From Bacteriovoracaceae bacterium (GTDB lineage Bacteria > Bdellovibrionota > Bacteriovoracia > Bacteriovoracales > Bacteriovoracaceae): a stretch of DNA of 64,000 bases. Under the pieces are notes generated by a model. It was not told the DNA's origin. It was given only the letters and a program-made list of their open reading frames with translations, and ran no database searches. Shown in pieces: positions 57,034 to 64,000 of the stretch (the first letter of the stretch is position 1; each line of letters starts with the position of its first letter). The stretch spans positions 1 to 64,000 of the forward strand of contig JABIHA010000118.1 of the NCBI GenBank assembly GCA_018649885.1, given 5' to 3'. The position numbers and the translations under genes are program-made.

Positions 57034-57693
57034 ATGAATCTAATTGAGATTAAGGATATTAAAAAGAATTTTGGTAGCACCCAGGTATTAAGGGGAATTA
57101 ATTTTAAATTTTCTGAAGGAGAGCACTGGGTTTTGACAGGGTCTTCAGGCTCGGGAAAATCCACCCTTTTGTATTTAATTGGCGGCCTCGATACTGCAAG
57201 CTCTGGAAAAATTTTTGTAGAGAATAAAGATTTAAGTCTGCTTAGCGATGAGGTTTTAGCTAACTATAGAAATAAGTTTATTGGATTCGTTTTTCAGTTT
57301 CATTACCTACTTCCCTCAATGAATTGCATGAACAATATTTTACTTCCAGCAAGAATCGGTGGAGTTGTTGAAGGTCCGGTCAAAGACCATATTATGTGCT
57401 ACGCAGAAAGGCTTGGAGTAGAAAAACTGCTGACTAAGTACCCATATCAACTATCAGGCGGAGAGCAGCAGCGAATTAATTTGCTGCGGGCCATTTCTTT
57501 AAGGCCAAAGCTTCTTCTTTGCGATGAGCCTACAGGTAATTTGGACTCAACTAACTCACAGATAGTGGTGAAGCTACTTAAGGAGCTTTCTCTAGAGCTT
57601 GGAGCGACTCTTCTCATCGTGACTCACGATGAAAATGTAGCCGGAAACTTTAGTAATCGAATTAAAATGGTAGACGGGAGACTAGTTCAATAA
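57034..57693 (+). CDS. lolD: ABC ATPase LolD
   Basis: GSSGSGKS, FVFQFHYLL, LSGGE, DEPTGNLD. Confidence 0.9.
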   Translation: MNLIEIKDIKKNFGSTQVLRGINFKFSEGEHWVLTGSSGSGKSTLLYLIGGLDTASSGKIFVENKDLSLLSDEVLANYRNKFIGFVFQFHYLLPSMNCMNNILLPARIGGVVEGPVKDHIMCYAERLGVEKLLTKYPYQLSGGEQQRINLLRAISLRPKLLLCDEPTGNLDSTNSQIVVKLLKELSLELGATLLIVTHDENVAGNFSNRIKMVDGRLVQ

Positions 57694-57786
57694 TCTACCG
57701 CCGCTTTGCTCTCAATACACGACAAGATCTCTTTGTAGTTTCGCCCCAAATAAGATAATTTATATCGAATTATTTTAGGAGAGTTA

Positions 57787-60123
57787 ATGTCTCAACCAAG
57801 TTGGGCAATACGTATATATTGTTTCATTTTTTCACTTTTGTTTGCTTTGCACGCGCTTGCGGGCAATGACCTAGGTAAAAAGGTTAACCTTTTTAAGGTT
57901 GATAAAGTTGATGTTCAAGGTCTTAAGAAGGTCGAGATAGAAGCCGTATTGGAAAAAGTTTTAGTAAAAGAAGGCATGGTCCTCGATAATTATCTTTTGA
58001 AAGGTGATATTGAAAGAATCTATAAACTTAAGTTCTTTGACTCTGTAGAGGCCCACCATGAAGTCAAAAATGGTAAAAATCATCTAATATTTAAAGTATT
58101 TGAAAGACCCATTATTGCTGAGATTATCATTAAGGGAAATGATGACATCGACGATGATGAGATAGAGGAGAAGATCAGATCTAAGCAGTTCTCTCTTTTA
58201 GATGTCGATACGGCCAAGAAAGACGTGGCCATCATTCAGAAATTTTATGAAGAGAAAGGCTTTTACCTGGCCTCAGTCAATTTTGAAGTCAAAAAAATTA
58301 ATAGTGAAAATGTTGAGTTAGTATTTCAAATTGAGGAATTCGATAAAGTTAAGGTGAAGATGATTACCTTTCTTGGGAATCGAAGTCTACAAGACGATAA
58401 ATTAAAACAACATATGGAAACCAAGGAAGAGAGCTTTTTTAGCTTTCTCTCTGCCTCGGGCTCCTTCAAAGAGGTTAATTTCCAAACTGATATTCAAAGA
58501 CTTAAGTATTACTACCAATCAGAAGGTCACCTCCAAGTTAATATTGGCGCTCCAGAAATAACTGTTTCAGAAGATAAGAGATGGGTCTTTATTACTATTA
58601 GAGTTAATGAAGGACCTAAGTTTACAATTAACGAAATCTCTTTTGAAGGCGAGGTTTTATTTGAAGAGGATAAGCTCTTCTCTGAAATTAAACTTAAAAA
58701 AGAAGAAACATACTCAGAAGACAAACTTAGAAAAGATATCCAAAAGCTAACTGAAATGTATCAAGATAAAGGATACGCTTTCGCCAACGTTCTTAGAACA
58801 CTTGAGGTTGTCCCTGGAGAAAACCGAGTCAATGTGAGGTTTTCTTTTGAAAAAGGTAATATCGCTTATTTTGGAAGAGTTAATGTTAAAGGTAATACAT
58901 CTACAAGAGACAAAGTTGTTAGACGTGAACTTAAAATTAGAGAGGGCATGCGCTACTCCGGTACTGCTCTTAGAGAGTCCAAAGAAAATGTAAATAGGCT
59001 CGGTTTCTTTGAGCAGGGAAGTGTTGTCTTTAATACAGTATCTCCTAAAGGGAAAGATGACGTCCTCGATGTAGATATTTCTATTAAAGAGCGTCAGACA
59101 GGACAAATTTCTGTTGGTGCTGGTTATTCCACAGCAACTAAGTTTTTCTTCCAAGGTTCTGTTAAAAAGAGAAACTTCAGCGGCCTTGGTCAAGATTTAG
59201 AGCTTTCTTTTAACTGGTCAGATACAAATACCACTGGTCAAATTAGTTTTGACGAGCCCTATCTATATGATACGAAGTGGAAGGCGGGAACAGATGTTTA
59301 CGCCACAAAAGTCAGCCGAGCTGGTAATGAGTCAGAAAAGTTTGGTTCGGCCCTTAGAGTTGGCTACCCTGTTTTTGAATACACCAATTTATTTGTCACT
59401 TATAATCTTGAGAAAACTCGTCTTATTAAAAGTACTGATCCGCTGCTCTATGAACCTAGGTACAAAAAACTTGAAAATGGTTTAAAGTCTTCCATTGATA
59501 CAACAATTAAACATGACAGAAGAAATAATGTCTTCGAGCCTTCTGGTGGATATTACTTGAGAAGCTCTACCGAGTACGCAGGTCTCGGTGGACAACATAA
59601 GTTTATGAAGCTTGGAGCAGAGGGACAATTCTTTGCTAATCCTGTTGGAGATTTTGTATTTCGCTCTAGAATCCTAGCAGAGCACTTAGTTCAAACTACA
59701 AGTAGAGGTATAGCCAGAACTAGACATTTTACACTAGGTGGTGCCAAAGACCTGAGAGGCTACTATTTTGCTGATATTGGCCCAAAAGAAAATAGAATGA
59801 TCGACACTAATGGTGATGGTACAGATGATACCCTCGTTGTTGTTAACGTTGGCGGCCGGTTCAAACTTATTAGCCAGTTTGAATTAGAGCATCCTCTTGT
59901 TAAAGAAGCGGGACTCAAGTGGGTCTTTTTCTTTGATGCAGGTAATGTTTTTAGGCGCTACCTTGGTCATCATGGCAGATTCACTCTTCGTACTGATTAC
60001 GGTTTTGGATTTAGGTGGTTTACCCCAATTGGTATTTTGAGATTTGAATTTGGTTATCCGATTGCTAGAAAAACAGGTGAGTCTGGATCGCAGTTTCACT
60101 TTGATATAGGTAAGTCTTTTTAA
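57787..60123 (+). CDS. bamA: outer membrane protein assembly factor
   Basis: POTRA repeats, TGQISVGAGYS, LRGY, TPIG, terminal Phe. Confidence 0.96.
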   Translation: MSQPSWAIRIYCFIFSLLFALHALAGNDLGKKVNLFKVDKVDVQGLKKVEIEAVLEKVLVKEGMVLDNYLLKGDIERIYKLKFFDSVEAHHEVKNGKNHLIFKVFERPIIAEIIIKGNDDIDDDEIEEKIRSKQFSLLDVDTAKKDVAIIQKFYEEKGFYLASVNFEVKKINSENVELVFQIEEFDKVKVKMITFLGNRSLQDDKLKQHMETKEESFFSFLSASGSFKEVNFQTDIQRLKYYYQSEGHLQVNIGAPEITVSEDKRWVFITIRVNEGPKFTINEISFEGEVLFEEDKLFSEIKLKKEETYSEDKLRKDIQKLTEMYQDKGYAFANVLRTLEVVPGENRVNVRFSFEKGNIAYFGRVNVKGNTSTRDKVVRRELKIREGMRYSGTALRESKENVNRLGFFEQGSVVFNTVSPKGKDDVLDVDISIKERQTGQISVGAGYSTATKFFFQGSVKKRNFSGLGQDLELSFNWSDTNTTGQISFDEPYLYDTKWKAGTDVYATKVSRAGNESEKFGSALRVGYPVFEYTNLFVTYNLEKTRLIKSTDPLLYEPRYKKLENGLKSSIDTTIKHDRRNNVFEPSGGYYLRSSTEYAGLGGQHKFMKLGAEGQFFANPVGDFVFRSRILAEHLVQTTSRGIARTRHFTLGGAKDLRGYYFADIGPKENRMIDTNGDGTDDTLVVVNVGGRFKLISQFELEHPLVKEAGLKWVFFFDAGNVFRRYLGHHGRFTLRTDYGFGFRWFTPIGILRFEFGYPIARKTGESGSQFHFDIGKSF

Positions 60124-60136
60124 TAAGAGGTGTTAT

Positions 60137-60646
60137 ATGAAATATTTGGTTTTTTTAAGTTTATTTTTTGTAGGTATTAGTTTTTCTCATGCCAATACGG
60201 TAATTGGTCTTATTAATATGGAAGCCATCATCAATAAAATTAGTGATGGAAAAAAAATTAGAAGCAAACTTGAAAAAGAGTTTAATAAAAAGAAAAAAAC
60301 TCTTCAAAAAGAAGAAGAGACTATAAAGAAGGCTCAAGAGAATTATAAAAAGCAGTCAGTTGTTTTAAACGACAAAGCTAAGATGAAAAAAGAAGAAGAA
60401 ATCACCAATATGATTAGAGGCATTCAGCAAAAAACGATGGCCTATCAAAAAGAGATTCGTGATCTTGAAGCCAAATTGAAAAAACCACTTCTTAAAAAGA
60501 TTCAAGCGATTGTAGATACTGTTTCTAAAAAAGAAAATGTGGCCATGACTTTTGAAGTCAGCACTTCTCCTGTTATCTATGCTAAAGAGAAAAAAGACCT
60601 GACTGGCAAAATTATTGAAGCTTATAATAAGAAATACAAAAAATAG
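60137..60646 (+). CDS. skp: OmpH/Skp chaperone
   Basis: Signal peptide, coiled coil, DLT..II; synteny. Confidence 0.9.
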   Translation: MKYLVFLSLFFVGISFSHANTVIGLINMEAIINKISDGKKIRSKLEKEFNKKKKTLQKEEETIKKAQENYKKQSVVLNDKAKMKKEEEITNMIRGIQQKTMAYQKEIRDLEAKLKKPLLKKIQAIVDTVSKKENVAMTFEVSTSPVIYAKEKKDLTGKIIEAYNKKYKK

Positions 60647-60657
60647 GCCGTGCTCGT

Positions 60658-61686
60658 ATGGATTTTGAAGAACTTAATTCAATTGAAAAGAGCTTTGAGA
60701 TATTGCACGGTAGTCTTGATTTTTCAGTTGAAGAGATATCGTCTACAGATGATCCAACAAAGCATTCAATTTGTTTTCTAAAAGATATCAAAAACCAAAG
60801 AAAAGTTGGTCGTTTCTCTCAAAGTGATTTTTTTGAGAATTGTTGCGTAGTTCTTGAAGAAAAATTCTATGGAAAAATAAAGGGAACTGAAGATTTTGAA
60901 GCTCTTTGTAATAGCTTCCCCGTTGTTGCTAAAATAGAATCAATTCACCATGCGTTGCCAAAGTTTTCAGAACCATTTTTCCATAAGAAATTTTCAATGT
61001 GCAATGATCTTGTGGATGGAAGACAGCTCGGCAGTGTGGAAATACATCCCACTGCAAATATTGCTCAAAATGTATTTATAGGAAGCCACGTTAAAATTGG
61101 CAAAAATGTCGAAATCTTTCCTGGAAGTGTGGTGATGTCACTTTCTGAAATCGGAGAGGGCACAAAGATATTTCCAAATGTCACAATTTATAGAAACGTA
61201 ATTATTGGGATGAATTGTCGAATCCATTCACAATCAGTCATTGGAAGTGACGGCTACGGCTACAATTATTTTGATGGTATTCATCACAAAATTTGGCATA
61301 TGGGTGGTGTTGAAATAGGTGATGATGTTGAAATTGGATCTATCACCAGCATTGATAGCGGAACTTTCTCAAAAACTTATATTGGAAGTGGTTCTAAAAT
61401 TGATAATCAAGTACAAATTGGTCACAACAGTCGTGTTGGTAAAGGTGTGATTATTTGCGGCCAAGTAGGCCTTGCGGGCAGCTGTATTGTTGGAGATTTT
61501 ACTGTTTTTGGCGGTAAGGCCGGAATGGGAGATGGAAACCAAATTGGGGCTGGCGTGCAAGTTGCGGGAGCGGCCATGGTCAATAGTGACTGGCCAGATG
61601 GCGCCAAGCTTGGAGGTCACCCAGCAAGACCTTTAAGAGAGTGGCTGAAGGGCCTGGCCTTTATAAGACGAGAAAGTCTAAAGTAA
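60658..61686 (+). CDS. lpxD: UDP-3-O-acylglucosamine N-acyltransferase
   Basis: Hexapeptide repeats, DGYGY, KIDNQVQIGHN. Confidence 0.95.
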   Translation: MDFEELNSIEKSFEILHGSLDFSVEEISSTDDPTKHSICFLKDIKNQRKVGRFSQSDFFENCCVVLEEKFYGKIKGTEDFEALCNSFPVVAKIESIHHALPKFSEPFFHKKFSMCNDLVDGRQLGSVEIHPTANIAQNVFIGSHVKIGKNVEIFPGSVVMSLSEIGEGTKIFPNVTIYRNVIIGMNCRIHSQSVIGSDGYGYNYFDGIHHKIWHMGGVEIGDDVEIGSITSIDSGTFSKTYIGSGSKIDNQVQIGHNSRVGKGVIICGQVGLAGSCIVGDFTVFGGKAGMGDGNQIGAGVQVAGAAMVNSDWPDGAKLGGHPARPLREWLKGLAFIRRESLK

Positions 61687-61699
61687 CGGGAAAAATTCT

Positions 61700-62182
61700 A
61701 TGAAACTTAATTTTGAGCAAGTCAAAGCCTATATACCTCACAGAGAACCCTTTCTTTTTGTAGATAGTATCGAGAGTCTTGAATACGAGGGCGAGGGACC
61801 TTTTAGCTGCTTAAAAGATCTTATTGGCGGAGTTGTAGAAGCAAATTTTAGTGTCAAAGAAGATTTAGAAATACTCAGAGGCCATTTTCCGGGAAATCCT
61901 GTTTTACCTGGTGTTGTTCAGGTAGAGATGATGGCCCAGGCATCTATCTTCATTACTTTTGAGCTCTTTGAAGATCCCTACAATGTTGATTTAGAAGTGG
62001 CCTTACTTGGAGTGAAAGATTCAAAATTTAGAAAGCCAGTTGTTCCAGGAATGGAACTGAAGATAAAATCGAAGATGATCAAGGCACGAGGCCAAATTAT
62101 GAGTTTTGAAGCTGAAATCAGCTCAGGCGATGAAATTGTCTCCCAGGCTTCTTTTTTGGCCAGCTTCTCCCAAAGGAATTAA
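61700..62182 (+). CDS. fabZ: 3-hydroxyacyl-ACP dehydratase
   Basis: PHREPFLFVD, GHFP..P.LPGV..E. Confidence 0.93.
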   Translation: MKLNFEQVKAYIPHREPFLFVDSIESLEYEGEGPFSCLKDLIGGVVEANFSVKEDLEILRGHFPGNPVLPGVVQVEMMAQASIFITFELFEDPYNVDLEVALLGVKDSKFRKPVVPGMELKIKSKMIKARGQIMSFEAEISSGDEIVSQASFLASFSQRN

Positions 62183-62184
62183 TT

Positions 62185-62991
62185 ATGAGTCACAGTGAAT
62201 GGATTCATCCAAGTGCAATTATTGAAGATGGTGCGGAAATAGCAGAAGGTGTCAGAGTTGGAGCTTTCAGTATCATTGGGCCAAATGTAAAAATTGGCGC
62301 TGAAACAGAAATAGGAAGCCACGTTGTTATTAATGGCCATACCAGCATTGGACAAAGAAATAAAATTTTCCAATTTTGTTCTATTGGTGAGAGACCTCAA
62401 GACTTGACCTATGATGACCAGCCTACTCAGGTTGTAATCGGAGACGATAATGTGATTAGGGAATATGTCTCCATCCATCGTGGTACACTTAAACAAGATA
62501 AAATTACTAAAGTTGGAAGCTCTTGCCTTATTATGGCCCATGCTCATCTTGGTCATGATGTGGTGGTGGGTGATCACTGTGTAATAGTAAACTCTGTCAA
62601 TTTAGCAGGTCATGTCACCGTGGAAGACCGAGTGATTATTAGTGGGGCCACAAATATTTCTCAATTTATTAGATTGGGAAGAGGTTCATATATTGGTGGA
62701 GCAAGCGGTGTGGACAGAGATATTCCGCCATTTTGCACGGCCTATGGGAACAGAATAAAGCTAAAGGGAGTCAATATTGTAGGCCTTCGAAGACAGAGTT
62801 TTGAAAAGCCGCTGATATCAGAGGCCGTAGACTTTTTTAGAACTATGGAGGCTTCTCCTCTTTCTCCTAGAAGCTTTGTTGATTCCAGTGAGCTTATGTG
62901 CGAATACGAGAGTAATGAAATTGTAGAAGAAATTTCTGATTTTATAAAAGCGAGTAGAGTAGGGATCGCTCCCTTTAATTTTGACGTATAA
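62185..62991 (+). CDS. lpxA: UDP-GlcNAc acyltransferase
   Basis: PQDL, IHRGT, HLGHD, LAGHV. Confidence 0.96.
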   Translation: MSHSEWIHPSAIIEDGAEIAEGVRVGAFSIIGPNVKIGAETEIGSHVVINGHTSIGQRNKIFQFCSIGERPQDLTYDDQPTQVVIGDDNVIREYVSIHRGTLKQDKITKVGSSCLIMAHAHLGHDVVVGDHCVIVNSVNLAGHVTVEDRVIISGATNISQFIRLGRGSYIGGASGVDRDIPPFCTAYGNRIKLKGVNIVGLRRQSFEKPLISEAVDFFRTMEASPLSPRSFVDSSELMCEYESNEIVEEISDFIKASRVGIAPFNFDV

Positions 62992-63005
62992 ATCTATGAG
63001 GACGT

Positions 63006-63950
63006 ATGGGTTCAAGAGTTGCCTTAATTGGTCATGGGCATTTAGGAAAATTCCACGCTCAAAAAGCTTTTGAATTAAAAGGCACTGATTTTACATGCAT
63101 TGTTGACTCCTATAAGCCACTTGATGATATTGATACCTCCTCTTTTCCCCATGTCCTTAAATTTGATAATCTGGACCAGGCCCTCACTCATTTTGATGCA
63201 GCTATTGTTGCCACTCCAACAAGTAATCATTTCGAAACTTGTAAAAAACTTATTAAAAATGACAAACACGTATTTTGTGAGAAGCCAGTAACTGAAGAGA
63301 TCTCTCAAGCAGATCAACTTCAAAGTATGATGGAAGAAAAGAGTCTTGTTTTTCAGGTAGGACAAAGTGAAAGGTTTCACCAAGTTTGGGAAACTATCAA
63401 GTCAGAAAAATACCAGAATTTTTTTGGTGCAAACTCTAAAATTAAGATCATGAGAGTAGCACCTTTTAAAGGAAGGGCCACAGATGTAGATGTTGTGACT
63501 GACTTGATGATTCACGACGTGGATTTAATTTGCTACTTAACAGGTCAAACTCCTAAAAGTGTAGCCTCTAGAGGATATAAATATCAAACCTCTCATTGGG
63601 ATCACGTAGAAGCTGAATTTGAATTTAGCTCGGGAATGCGTGCTGAAATAATCGTAAGCAGAAATTACTTCGAAGAAAGAAGAGAGCTTACCTGTACAAG
63701 TGATTCAGGTATAATTTCTGTTGATTTAATGAATTGTGAATTCCATTCAGTTAGCAGTGACGGAAGCCGAGATGAGTTACTAACTTATGAAAAAAATGAT
63801 CACCTTCTTAATGAGCAGCGCTTATTTTTTGAAAGTATCGAAAAATCGACAGCTCCAGTTGTGACCCTAAAAGAAGGGAAGATTGCAGTGGAACTTGTTA
63901 AAGGTGTACTAAGCTCCCTTGAAACTCAAACTCAATTTAGGTATGGCTAA
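63006..63950 (+). CDS. Gfo/Idh/MocA oxidoreductase (GnnA-like)
   Basis: GHGHLG, EKP, ERF, DVDVVTDLMIHD; lies between lpxA and lpxB. Confidence 0.85.
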   Translation: MGSRVALIGHGHLGKFHAQKAFELKGTDFTCIVDSYKPLDDIDTSSFPHVLKFDNLDQALTHFDAAIVATPTSNHFETCKKLIKNDKHVFCEKPVTEEISQADQLQSMMEEKSLVFQVGQSERFHQVWETIKSEKYQNFFGANSKIKIMRVAPFKGRATDVDVVTDLMIHDVDLICYLTGQTPKSVASRGYKYQTSHWDHVEAEFEFSSGMRAEIIVSRNYFEERRELTCTSDSGIISVDLMNCEFHSVSSDGSRDELLTYEKNDHLLNEQRLFFESIEKSTAPVVTLKEGKIAVELVKGVLSSLETQTQFRYG

Positions 63951-64000
63951 TGGACAAAAGTAGTTGTCTTGTTATAGCTGGGGAAAAATCTGGGGAAGAG
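63950..64000 (+). CDS. lpxB: lipid-A-disaccharide synthase (5' partial)
   Basis: MDKSSCLVIAGEKSGE matches the LpxB AGExSG motif. Confidence 0.8.
   Translation, partial: MDKSSCLVIAGEKSGEE

Overview
AT-rich bacterial chromosomal window. Gene content and order suggest a Bdellovibrionota predator (Bacteriovorax/Halobacteriovorax-like); this is an inference. The left end is the edge of an integrated element: a decayed xis-like remnant, a tyrosine integrase, arm-type repeats, then tRNA-Glu and tRNA-Lys. Housekeeping genes follow: mtaB, nth, an S41 protease, purA, a serA-like gene, hppA, murJ, uvrC, SpoIID plus amidase, DsbA, HU, the fliLMNOPQR-flhBAF-flhG-fliA operon, coaE, mazG, ybeY, frameshifted prfB, and lolCD-bamA-skp-lpxD-fabZ-lpxA-gnnA-lpxB. 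Two accessory patches interrupt these. The first (16-23 kb) has a STEAP-like membrane protein and a secreted Cys-rich cluster, in which a duplicated N-terminal module is fused to different C-termini. The second (28.3-30.7 kb) has an extreme synonymous C/A skew, a palindromic element, a candidate CU-rich sRNA and a sigma54-type promoter. The flagellar operon carries an apparently GTPase-dead FlhF and ends with a possible pseudo-CheA and pseudo-MCP pair. An orphan secreted protein has atypical kinase-fold motifs. All family assignments come from motif recognition by eye; no searches were run.
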